A stretch of DNA of 64,000 nt from an uncultured Clostridia bacterium (GTDB lineage: Bacteria > Bacillota > Clostridia > Lachnospirales > Lachnospiraceae): contig CAMUJB010000007.1 of assembly GCA_947089095.1 (NCBI GenBank), positions 43,787 to 107,786 on the forward strand. Direction: 5' to 3'. A program made the position numbers and the translations under genes. Below the pieces are notes generated by a model, which made no database searches, was not told the origin of the DNA, and was given only the letters and a program-made list of their open reading frames with translations. Positions 48,898-58,435 of this stretch are shown here, one piece after another. The stretch's first letter is position 1. The number at the start of each line of letters is the position of its first letter.

Positions 48898-49170
48898 AGT
48901 GGGGGGAGGACGCCAGAGTATGGCATTGCAGTACTGTTTCGCTCTACAGAAAGTAAGAAGCTCTAAGACTTCTGAATTTAGATGTATCCAACCGGACGGA
49001 CCGGGGTGCAATTCGCCCGTGCTGCGGGCTAAACACACCCCTTTTTTTGCCATTCAAGAATGGCAAAAAATCCTAATGAATCGACAGAAGTCTAAAAGCT
49101 TCTAACTTTCCTCCGAAGTCACAGTACTGCAATGCCATACTCTGGCTGTCTTTTTCCACAATATAGGTAT
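48898..49170 (-). repeat. Fam-A palindromic structured element, copy 8 (variant A, reverse)
   Basis: ggggggaggacgccagag...rc core A (P1 gccattcttgaatggc)...ctctggctgtctttttccacaatataggtattc. Confidence 0.85.
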
Positions 49171-49194
49171 TCTTTATTTCTCTTTTTTTGTTTT

Positions 49195-49240
49195 TTTAAC
49201 CTATCAAGGATGTAGTGGAGAGGATTCTGAATTTCCTTTG
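49195..49240 (-). repeat. Fam-B short form (reverse orientation)
   Basis: rc reads gtcaaaggaaattcagaatcctctccactacatccttgataggttaa. Confidence 0.55.
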
Positions 49241-49330
49241 ACTTAATAAAATAAAAGGCAGTTATCTTATCTTTTGATAACTGCCCAAACTAATGGTGAA
49301 TAAAATTTGTTATATTCTTTCTATTTTTAT

Positions 49331-49437
49331 AATCGAGTAGGGAAGGCTGCCTCCTCTACTCGCCGTGCTAAATGTCTGTCAGTTCTGCTGACATCGTTCC
49401 TTGAGATATCTGTGTACATAAAAAAATTCCCTGTAAA
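49331..49437 (+). repeat. Fam-D repeat, copy d, immediately beside tRNA-Leu
   Basis: aatcgagtagggaaggctgcctcctctactcgccg...tctgctgacatcg...gtacataaaaaaa. Confidence 0.7.
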
Positions 49438-49470
49438 CATTTCGTCTACAGAGAACGCCCCTGCCAAGAG

Positions 49471-49553
49471 TGCCGCAGGCCGGACTTGAACCGGCACGAG
49501 GTCGCCCCCGCTAGATTTTGAGTCTAGTGCGTCTGCCATTCCGCCACTGCGGC
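49471..49553 (-). tRNA. tRNA-Leu (anticodon CAA), class II with long variable arm
   Basis: Manual cloverleaf: acceptor GCCGCAG/CUGCGGC, anticodon stem CUAGA/UCUAG, loop CUCAAAA, T-arm GCCGG-UUCAAGU-CCGGC, discriminator A. No encoded CCA. Confidence 0.9.
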
Positions 49554-49703
49554 AATTCCTTAACACTTGATAAGTCTATCATAGAAATAAATCCTTGTCA
49601 ACTCTTTTTTTACAAATTTCGAAATTTGCTTGATATGGTTTTTTACAAATTTATTGTATTGTTTTTTTGAGAATTTTTCTGTAACTTTTTTTACAGTTAT
49701 AAA

Positions 49704-52076
49704 CTACTCTTCTGCCTGCATCTGCTCTATTAGGGATTGTTTTTTCTGCCTATGAATCACCCAAGCGGTCAGGATAAATTCTATACTAAACAGTCCCAAG
49801 ATAAACAGTCCCATTTCAAGGATAGGAAATTGATATGGAACAATTTTGCCGCTAAAAGATCGCTTGCTCAGTTCCCTGCATACCATAACTGCAATTGGAA
49901 GCCCCATAAATAAGACTGTCAAAATAACAAAACAGGTATAACAAAGCCCCTCACAAATATTCATTTGATATAGTTGTTTCTTTGTCAGACCAATCGAGCA
50001 CAAGATACTGTTTTCCCGTTTTCGAAACATCTGATTGGAAAGTGTCGTATTGATTAAATTAATAACTCCAAACAGGAAAATCAACCAAGAAAATGCCTGC
50101 ATACTCCCAAAAATAAAAGAATTTTGCCATTTCTCATATTCAATATGTGCCTCAATAGTATCCAATCCAATATTGCTGTGGTTAGACAGGATTTTTTGCA
50201 GTCCGTTTTTCACGCTCTCTGATTTTTCTGAATCACTGACAATACTCCAAGAATAGTCAAAATTTTTAATTTCAGGCAGAATTTCTTGAAATAGTGCCTC
50301 TGGTGCAAACATAGAAACACTGTCAAGAAAAAGTGCACCATGCCCATTTCCAATCTTAGTTACATCAAATAAACCACATATCGTAACAGTCGTGGTTTTT
50401 TGACCCAAAGACAGTTCCATAACTGCCCCTACCGTCATATCATCATAATGTTTATAATAATTTGTACCCAAAATAACGCTGTGTGAATCCTTCGGCATCG
50501 TACCAGATATCAGTGCAGCTTCTACTGACAAAACATTTTCGTGAGTCAGCATATCGCACATACCTACGGAAGCATTTTTAGAAGTCCGAAATGCTGCATG
50601 TACAGATCTGCGTGTAACCAGCACCTCTGCTACCCCATCCACAGATAAAATTTCCTGCCGCAGCTTTTCATTCAGCGGATTATCGATACTCATAATTTCC
50701 GTCTCTGACTGTTCCGAAGCCAAATAGATTTTATAATCTCCGTCCGAAAAAAACAGCCTTGCCGCCTGCTCCGGCGATCGAGTCAGCAGCATAGAAGATA
50801 CAATTAAAAGAATCATTCCACCCAAACTTAAAGATGCTACAATACTAACCGCCTTTCTGCGATCACGCAGAAAATTCGCTATCCCCATAGATACAGGATT
50901 TAATTTTATATGTTTCTTCCGACTGTATATTTTTTCCTGTCCCATAGAAAAACGCATTGCTTCCAGCGGTGAAATTCCGGCAGCTATTTTAACTGGTCTA
51001 CGAACAGAAACAACCACCATAAACCAGCAGATCCATACTGTGAAAAAAACAACCATCCCATAAGAAACAATATGAACACCCTTTGGGAATAAAACCAATC
51101 CTGCACAGACTCCCAAAAAAACTCCAAACAAAATTCCCATACTGCCAAGCTGTCGGCTCTCTCTCTTTACTATGCCCCGAAGCTGTTTTGGCGTTGTGCC
51201 AATTGTACGAAGCTGTCCATAACTTCGAATCTTATTATTGACAGAGATACGAAAAATACTCTGAATAACAACATAGCCGCCAATCAGTACAAGAATTGCA
51301 GCACCACCAACTGTAACAAAATCAATCGACCTTGAATAATAAATGAAATAATTACTGTTTATTCCCGCAGGAGGCAGATCATATTGAGCGGCAATCTCTT
51401 TGCAGCGGGCAGTTATAATCTCCTGACCAAGCTGCCGATCATTCTGAAAATGTACATAAGCACGATATCCAACCGGATTAAAACCTGCCCATTCTGTCAA
51501 TGTCTCCTTTGAAACAACAAAGACGCAGATATTTTCCTCTTTCTCACTCATACCCCTCATAATACCAGTCACCATATATTCCCCTTGAAAACTTTCCGTA
51601 TCCAACAGAACCGTTTCACCAATTCCAGCATTAGAGCCATAAGCAGAAAGAAAATATTCGCTGACAACAACTTCATTTGCCTGTTTCGGAAGCCGCCCTT
51701 TTACCAATTCCATCTGACTGCGGGCAATATACATCATCTCACTGTCACAGTACACATACGATGCATGATATCCTCGTTCCGAGTGCTCCTGCCCCAACAG
51801 ATAATATTCACCCACGCGGACAAACTCTGGCAAACCTTTTAAAACTGCCACATCCGATTCATCAACACCAGTAAAAACCGCCTCATAAGTATCAGCCACC
51901 TGACGGCGTTGCATCTGTGTAATTGAAACAGATGTAATTCCTGCAAAACAAATCAAAAATGCCGCCAATCCAACCGCAACCACTACCATCAGATTCCTGC
52001 GTCTCTCACTTTTCAGACTCCTTTTTGCTAACTTCTTTACAACAGCACGGGTATCATTTTCAAAAGGCCAAGTCAT
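49704..52076 (-). CDS. FtsX-family ABC transporter permease (MacB/BceB-like, two FtsX domains), no adjacent ATPase
   Basis: 790 aa, 10 predicted TM segments, large extracytoplasmic loops. Confidence 0.8.
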   Translation of the reverse strand: MTWPFENDTRAVVKKLAKRSLKSERRRNLMVVVAVGLAAFLICFAGITSVSITQMQRRQVADTYEAVFTGVDESDVAVLKGLPEFVRVGEYYLLGQEHSERGYHASYVYCDSEMMYIARSQMELVKGRLPKQANEVVVSEYFLSAYGSNAGIGETVLLDTESFQGEYMVTGIMRGMSEKEENICVFVVSKETLTEWAGFNPVGYRAYVHFQNDRQLGQEIITARCKEIAAQYDLPPAGINSNYFIYYSRSIDFVTVGGAAILVLIGGYVVIQSIFRISVNNKIRSYGQLRTIGTTPKQLRGIVKRESRQLGSMGILFGVFLGVCAGLVLFPKGVHIVSYGMVVFFTVWICWFMVVVSVRRPVKIAAGISPLEAMRFSMGQEKIYSRKKHIKLNPVSMGIANFLRDRRKAVSIVASLSLGGMILLIVSSMLLTRSPEQAARLFFSDGDYKIYLASEQSETEIMSIDNPLNEKLRQEILSVDGVAEVLVTRRSVHAAFRTSKNASVGMCDMLTHENVLSVEAALISGTMPKDSHSVILGTNYYKHYDDMTVGAVMELSLGQKTTTVTICGLFDVTKIGNGHGALFLDSVSMFAPEALFQEILPEIKNFDYSWSIVSDSEKSESVKNGLQKILSNHSNIGLDTIEAHIEYEKWQNSFIFGSMQAFSWLIFLFGVINLINTTLSNQMFRKRENSILCSIGLTKKQLYQMNICEGLCYTCFVILTVLFMGLPIAVMVCRELSKRSFSGKIVPYQFPILEMGLFILGLFSIEFILTAWVIHRQKKQSLIEQMQAEE

Positions 52077-52326
52077 AATCCACCGCCTCCTGAACCCAAA
52101 CTCCTATCCCTCTCAATCCCCACAACCCCCACAATTTACTCCACCGAACAGCACCATCCCGCCATCTCCTGAAAACATTCCAAACAATCCTCTGCAATAC
52201 TTTCATCTTAACCTAAGACACTCCTTTCTAAACAATTTACCTTATAGAGCCTATTATAAAATCCAAATATCACAGAAATGTCCGAATGAAACCATTCTCG
52301 TTTCATTTTTTATGACCCCATTCTTT

Positions 52327-52995
52327 CTATCTTCTATCCTCTATCTTCCCCTTTTCACAAAACGATTTCTCGTTTCGTTTCTCACAGGACTGTTTCGAAA
52401 AAATACAACCGCAGTAATTCTGCCGATAAAGTCCATACTCCCTTGAAAGTTCAATAGAACGCTGGTATCCATTCTTCTTCTTAAAATCAGAAAAAAGATA
52501 AGGTACACCATACTCTTCTGAAAGAACCGCACCAATTTCATTTAACTTCTCTGCATTTTTCAAAGGACTAATACTCAAAGTAGTTGTAAAATAATCAAAT
52601 CCCCCCTGCTGTGCCATCCGAGCTGTCTCCTCTAATCTTAACCTATAACAGCGAAAACACCTCTCTCCGCCTTCCCTTTCCCCTTCTAATCCCTTTACCG
52701 CATCAAAAAATCGCTCCTGTCTATACTCTCCCTCCAAAAAATGCACCGGATACCGAAACGGCATAGCAGCAATCAACCGCTTCTCCTCCTCTACCCGATA
52801 CCGATATTCCTTCTCAGGAGAAATATTCGGATTAAAATAAAACACCGTAATTTCAAAATAATTCGATAAATACTCCATTACATAACTAGAACAAGGGGCA
52901 CAACAACTATGTAAAAGAAGTCTCTTTCCTATCCCCTCCTGTTCCTGTATTTTTTCCAATATCCGTTCCAATGTCTTCTGATAATTCTCAGCCAT
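52327..52995 (-). CDS. queH: Epoxyqueuosine reductase QueH (DUF208)
   Basis: LLLHSCCAPCSSYV...YFNPNISP...CFRCYRL...YCGCIF Cys pattern typical of QueH. Confidence 0.75.
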   Translation of the reverse strand: MAENYQKTLERILEKIQEQEGIGKRLLLHSCCAPCSSYVMEYLSNYFEITVFYFNPNISPEKEYRYRVEEEKRLIAAMPFRYPVHFLEGEYRQERFFDAVKGLEGEREGGERCFRCYRLRLEETARMAQQGGFDYFTTTLSISPLKNAEKLNEIGAVLSEEYGVPYLFSDFKKKNGYQRSIELSREYGLYRQNYCGCIFSKQSCEKRNEKSFCEKGKIEDRR

Positions 52996-53130
52996 ACTCC
53001 TAAACTACATCCTTCCTAATTCAAAATCCCATCTCTATCCACACACCAAAAAATATCATACCACTCCTCATTCCACCAAACCACCCCAAAATTCCCTCCC
53101 ATTCCCACCTGAATAAAAAATAAAAATCAA

Positions 53131-53405
53131 ATCTATCGCCAGAAAGAACCAGCTGGAGTTTGGAAGCCCTTTCTCTATGCAGTGACTTCGGAGAAAAGTT
53201 AGAAAGTCTTATGCCTCTGTCGATCTCCTAGGATTTTTGCCATCTTCTGATGGCAAAAAAGGGGTGTGTTTAGCCCGCTGCACGGGCGAATTGCACCCCG
53301 GTCCGTCCGGTTGGATATATTTTCATTCAGAGGCATTAGACTTTCTTACTTTTCGGAGAGCGGAACAGCATAGAGAAAGGGCTTCCAAACTCCAGCGTCC
53401 TCTAC
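53131..53405 (+). repeat. Fam-A palindromic structured element, copy 9 (variant A with P1 gccatc-ttct-gatggc)
   Basis: aatctatcgccagaaagaaccagctggag...core A...actccagcgtcctctacacc. Confidence 0.85.
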
Positions 53406-53506
53406 ACCATCCCCCCAGCTTTTCCATCCTAATATCCACACACCATCCCCCCCAGCTTTCCCATCTCAGTATCCACACCATTCCCCTCAACCTTCACTTT
53501 TCTCTA

Positions 53507-55015
53507 TCAAGAAATCCCATACAACTTCTCATACTTTTCCGTAAGATACCCCACAAAATAATCGGGATTAAATTCCTCCCCAGTAGCTTCCTTTAAAATC
53601 TCCCGTGCCTCCTTAAAAGCACCATACTGATGCACATACCGATGCAAAAACTCCCGTACAGCCCCAATATTTCCCTTAGAAAGCTCCGCCTCCACATCCA
53701 TCTCACTCTTCATCTTAGCATAAATCTGAGCCGCAAAAGCATTTCCAAGTGCATAAGAAGGAAAATACCCAATATCCCCCATAGACCAATGTACATCCTG
53801 CAAAATCCCCACCGTATCATTCTCTGGTACCACTCCCAAATACTCCTGATACTTCTCCTTCCAAAGCCGAGGCAGTTCCTCCACCTCCACTTCCCCATTT
53901 ATCATCAGCTTTTCCAATTCATACCGAACCATAATATGCAAACAATACGTCAGCTCATCTGCCTCCGTTCGAATCTCATCTGCCCGAACCCGATTAATTG
54001 CCGCTACAAACTGATCCAAAGAAACCTCCCCCAACTGTTCTGGAAACGTTTCTACTAACTTTCCATAAATAGGCACCCAAAAAGCCCGGCTCCTCCCAAT
54101 CATATTTTCCATCAGCCGAGACTGTGACTCATGAATCCCACAGGAAGCCCCTTCTCCCAACACGGTCTGCGTATACCGATCCGCAATCCCCTGTTCATAA
54201 ATCGCATGTCCGCTCTCATGAATTGTAGAAAAAATTGCCCCTGCCAAATTCTCCTCATAATAATGAGTCGTAATCCGTACATCATGATTATGCCAAGCCG
54301 TTGTAAAAGGATGTTCACTTTCCGCAATCACTCCGCGATTCAAATCAAATCCAATATACTCCGCCAAAAACCGATTAAACTCCTTCTGCTTCTCAATATC
54401 ATACTTCTGATACAAAAAAGAATCCTCAATCTGCGGCTTCTTTTGAATCTTTCGAAGCAGCGGAAGAATCCCCGCCTTTAGCTTTTCAAAAAATACGTCT
54501 AACACTTCCACGGAAAAATCCTCTTCATAATCATCTAAAAGCACATCATACCCGTTTAATTTCTCTGTCGCACCATAAGAAGCAAACTTTTTGCAGTATG
54601 CGATCACTTCCTTTAAATAAGGAGCAAAGATTGAAAAATCATTTTCTTTTTTTGCCCTCTGCCATGCCTTCTGCGACTTTGACTTCAGTTCCGCATAAGC
54701 CCGCTTCTCCTCCTTAGGAATTGCTTCTGTTTTTCTCAAATTTTTCTTTATTTTTCGAATAATCGCCTGCTCCGTCTCTTCCTGTTCCTTTGTCTCTTTT
54801 GTTTTAGACTCATAGTCCTCTAAAATCTTCTTTACCTGCGGATTAGTCAGACACAGAAAATCCTCTTCCGATAAAATCCCGATTACCTTTGCCGTATACT
54901 CTCCTGCTTCCTTTGGTGCAAGAGTTGCATCGTCCCAATCTAATAGGGCAAGTGCTGTCTGTAAAGCCATATGTTTTTCCAAATAAGGCACTAACTGTTC
55001 AAAAAGCTGACTCAT
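53507..55015 (-). CDS. M32-family carboxypeptidase (Taq-type)
   Basis: HESGHAIYEQG HExxH. N-terminus LVPYLEKHMALQTALALLDWD typical of M32. Confidence 0.85.
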   Translation of the reverse strand: MSQLFEQLVPYLEKHMALQTALALLDWDDATLAPKEAGEYTAKVIGILSEEDFLCLTNPQVKKILEDYESKTKETKEQEETEQAIIRKIKKNLRKTEAIPKEEKRAYAELKSKSQKAWQRAKKENDFSIFAPYLKEVIAYCKKFASYGATEKLNGYDVLLDDYEEDFSVEVLDVFFEKLKAGILPLLRKIQKKPQIEDSFLYQKYDIEKQKEFNRFLAEYIGFDLNRGVIAESEHPFTTAWHNHDVRITTHYYEENLAGAIFSTIHESGHAIYEQGIADRYTQTVLGEGASCGIHESQSRLMENMIGRSRAFWVPIYGKLVETFPEQLGEVSLDQFVAAINRVRADEIRTEADELTYCLHIMVRYELEKLMINGEVEVEELPRLWKEKYQEYLGVVPENDTVGILQDVHWSMGDIGYFPSYALGNAFAAQIYAKMKSEMDVEAELSKGNIGAVREFLHRYVHQYGAFKEAREILKEATGEEFNPDYFVGYLTEKYEKLYGIS

Positions 55016-55082
55016 AATAAACTCCTTTCTTTTTTAGCAAAACCGGAAAGCAGCCTTTTCTTCTCACTGCTTTCCGGTTATT

Positions 55083-55535
55083 TTAAAAGTATTTCTTACT
55101 TCCCCAAAGATTATTCCTTTTTAAATCCAAATATTCGTTATAAGCTTTTTCTAAAATCTGCTTTTCATTTGAAAATTTTAATAAGTGGTAAGCCTCATGA
55201 AATTTATAATAACCTGAATCCATGAAAAACTCTTCCCGCTGTGGTTTGCTGTAATAGCTGTCCGACATCATCAGATACCAGTGTACATCTTTCTCTACCA
55301 TATCAGCAGGAGTTGCAAACGTATATTGGCTTTTTCCTACATATTTAATTATATTTCCCTTTACTCCTGATTCCTCCAATACTTCACGTAACGCAGTCTC
55401 CTTATACTCTTCTCCAGCCTCTACAGTCCCTTTTGGTAATACCCATCCCTCATATTTATTCTTATAATTTTTATATAAGAGTAAAATCTTACCTCGAAAA
55501 ATAACCACACCGCCACAGCTCGTTGCTTCAATCAT
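55083..55535 (-). CDS. NUDIX hydrolase
   Basis: Nudix box GTVEAGEEYKETALREVLEESGV. Start placed at MIEATSCGG. Confidence 0.75.
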   Translation of the reverse strand: MIEATSCGGVVIFRGKILLLYKNYKNKYEGWVLPKGTVEAGEEYKETALREVLEESGVKGNIIKYVGKSQYTFATPADMVEKDVHWYLMMSDSYYSKPQREEFFMDSGYYKFHEAYHLLKFSNEKQILEKAYNEYLDLKRNNLWGSKKYF

Positions 55536-55645
55536 TGCAATTCCTCCTGTCCTTTGGTGTGAAACCAAAACTAGGATAAGTATACCTCAATTGACAGAAT
55601 TATGCAAGTAAATCCAAAAATATATAGAAATTTTCTGTTACTATT

Positions 55646-58414
55646 TTAGGATTCTTCCTGATCGAGAGAATACCATGTCCGAAACAGCTTATCTGCTATC
55701 GCCGCCGCTTTTGTACTTCCTGCTCCTCCCTCTTCTACAATCACACTCACTGCAATCTCTGGTTCCTCTGCAGGAGCAAACCCTACAAACCAAGAATGTG
55801 CCTCTTTCTTTACATCCCACTCTGCCGTTCCGGTCTTTCCTGCCACGGTATAATCCTCCGATGCAGCACGGCTTCCGGTTCCTTCTTCAACACACAGCAT
55901 CATCCATTCTGTCAGTCTCTCTGCTTCTTCCTGGCTAATTGGTTCTCTGTACTTTTTTGGTCTATATTTCTTTACAGTAAATCCATGTGCATCTGTTATC
56001 TGATCTACAAAATAAGGCTTCATCATTACTCCGTCATTGGCAATCGCTGCTGCTATCATCGCCTGATGAAGCGGCGTCATCTCTGCCGTTCCCTGTCCGA
56101 TTGCCGTCTGCATCTTCTCCCAGTCAGGTGAATCCTGCTTCCATTCAAATTGACTCGATACATAAGATAGGGCAATCGGTAAATCCTGATTCAGTAAAAA
56201 ACTCTCACAAAGATCCGTAAACCGCTCTGCTGAAAGCTTTGATGCAATACTGGCAAAAGCCCCATTGCAGGATTTCGCAAAAGCCGTTTCAAAGGAAATT
56301 GTTCCATGTGCTTTTTTATGATAACACTGAATAACAGCCCCCTGATACTCATAGGAACCCTCACAAGTATAGGAAAAATCAGAAATTTCTTCTGGAAATT
56401 CTCTGGCATACTCCAATGCCGTTAAAATCTTAAATGTAGAACCAGGCGGATAACGCCCCTGCGTAGCACGATTTAATAGATAACTCTGCTCGGTATCAGG
56501 ATTTTCCGAAAGCGATTCCCAGATCTCTTCTATTTGATTGGGATTATAATCCGGTTTTGAAACCATTGCAAGCACCTTTCCAGTAGAAGGCTCCATCACT
56601 ACTACAGCCCCCTTTTCCTCTCCCAATGCTTCCCAAGCCGCTTTCTGAAGCGGATAATTTAACGTAGTCACAACTTGATTTCCTTTTTCTTTCTCTCCCT
56701 TTACTTCAGCCGCTATCTTTTCATAAATCGGAGCATCGGAAGTCAAAAGCTGAAAATTATAGATCTTTTCCAGTCCGTCCTTTCCACTCTGTGAATATCC
56801 AACCACATGAGAAAACAGATTGCCAAACGGATACTCTCTTACCTCTGTCCCGTCTGCTTCTACCTTTGTCTCTGCCAGAATCTCTCCGTCCGCTGACAGA
56901 ATCGATCCCCGCACAACTTTTTTAGCAAACTCTTCCTGCCGCAGATTATAGGGATTATTCACGACTTCCTTACTCTCCGCTAAAAGAAAATATCCCAGAT
57001 AACACGGCATCAAAATAAACAATCCGGTAAAAAGATACATAACCAGATAGAATTCCCGATTGCTGTTTCTTTTTTTTATTTGTATTTCTAACTCTATACT
57101 CTGCCCACAATCTGCCCTTACATCTGAATTTACATTTGCATTTGCATCAGAAATATACAATCCCTGTATAATCCCATACATAATCAGGGAACTCAGCATC
57201 GAACTTCCCCCATAACTGACAAACGGAATCGTTACTCCAGTAGAAGGAATTAACTTCATCGCCCCGCCAATCGTTAAAAATACTTGGATCCCATATTCAC
57301 AGGCAAGCCCTAATGCCATATATCGATAAAAACGGTGATGCATCTGAATTGCTGCATTTAAAATTAGCAAAAGACAGCCCAAGCAGATAAAAATAACACA
57401 GATCGCTACTAATCCTCCCATCTCTTCTGCAATTGCCGAAAAGAAAAAATCTTCCTCTACAACCGGAATCTGTGAAGGAGAGCCCTTATTGAGTCCGACT
57501 CCTAACCATCCTCCCGTTCCGATTGCAAAAAGAGATTGTGCTATCTGATACCCTTTGCTTTCAATTACAGACCATGGATCTAACCATGCAGTCACTCTGG
57601 TCTGAATATGAGAAAATAGCTGATATGCTGTATAGGAAGCCGCTGCCCCCGCCGCCAGTCCGCCAAACAGATAAATCGGCTTTTTTGTAGCGACATAGAC
57701 CATAAATACAAAGACCAATGAAAAGATCAATGCACTCCCTAAATCAGTTGAAGCAACCAAAATCAAGATATGTATTGCTGCTAAAATTCCTGTTTTTACT
57801 ACCTGCTTCCAGTCATTTCTTACCTCAAACATAGCAGCAATAAAAAATACATAGCTGATTTTTACAAATTCGGACGGCTGAAAAGAAACACCCAGCAGTG
57901 CAATCGATAACTTTGCACCATAACTGGTCTCTGCCAAAATTAAAACAACCAAAAGCAGCAGTGCCCCGGCAATTCCATAGAGCCATGCAAACTTTCTCAA
58001 TGCCTTCCACTTTTTCATAATATAGGGAATTACTGCCATAAAAACCGTACCCAATGCCAAGATTAAAAACTGCCGATTGGCCTTCCCTATCGAAAGTCTT
58101 GCCAGCATAATAAATCCTATCACCATTAACATGCAAACCAAACTGGTTAAAATCTGCGATCCCTCTGGATAAGCTGTATGGAATAACGTCTCCATTAAAA
58201 TCAGATAAACTAACTCTGCCCCATATAAAAGAATTAAATTTTCATTGCCTGTAGAAAGAAACAAGGATAAAAAACCTAAAAAATGAACAGAAAACAGACA
58301 AATATTTAACACCGCCAGCTTTCTTTTTCTATAATAGGCAAAAGAATAATACGTATATACCATAATCAGCAGAATAATCAGATATTTTGAAAATTCCTCT
58401 ATCAGATGAATCAT
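55646..58414 (-). CDS. Fusion protein: SEDS glycosyltransferase (FtsW/RodA-like) + class B PBP transpeptidase
   Basis: N-terminal ~10 TM SEDS region. C-terminal transpeptidase with SxxK (STFK), SxN and KTGTAE motifs. 922 aa single ORF. Confidence 0.8.
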   Translation of the reverse strand: MIHLIEEFSKYLIILLIMVYTYYSFAYYRKRKLAVLNICLFSVHFLGFLSLFLSTGNENLILLYGAELVYLILMETLFHTAYPEGSQILTSLVCMLMVIGFIMLARLSIGKANRQFLILALGTVFMAVIPYIMKKWKALRKFAWLYGIAGALLLLVVLILAETSYGAKLSIALLGVSFQPSEFVKISYVFFIAAMFEVRNDWKQVVKTGILAAIHILILVASTDLGSALIFSLVFVFMVYVATKKPIYLFGGLAAGAAASYTAYQLFSHIQTRVTAWLDPWSVIESKGYQIAQSLFAIGTGGWLGVGLNKGSPSQIPVVEEDFFFSAIAEEMGGLVAICVIFICLGCLLLILNAAIQMHHRFYRYMALGLACEYGIQVFLTIGGAMKLIPSTGVTIPFVSYGGSSMLSSLIMYGIIQGLYISDANANVNSDVRADCGQSIELEIQIKKRNSNREFYLVMYLFTGLFILMPCYLGYFLLAESKEVVNNPYNLRQEEFAKKVVRGSILSADGEILAETKVEADGTEVREYPFGNLFSHVVGYSQSGKDGLEKIYNFQLLTSDAPIYEKIAAEVKGEKEKGNQVVTTLNYPLQKAAWEALGEEKGAVVVMEPSTGKVLAMVSKPDYNPNQIEEIWESLSENPDTEQSYLLNRATQGRYPPGSTFKILTALEYAREFPEEISDFSYTCEGSYEYQGAVIQCYHKKAHGTISFETAFAKSCNGAFASIASKLSAERFTDLCESFLLNQDLPIALSYVSSQFEWKQDSPDWEKMQTAIGQGTAEMTPLHQAMIAAAIANDGVMMKPYFVDQITDAHGFTVKKYRPKKYREPISQEEAERLTEWMMLCVEEGTGSRAASEDYTVAGKTGTAEWDVKKEAHSWFVGFAPAEEPEIAVSVIVEEGGAGSTKAAAIADKLFRTWYSLDQEES

Positions 58415-58435
58415 ACTCTACTACCTCCCTTGTAC

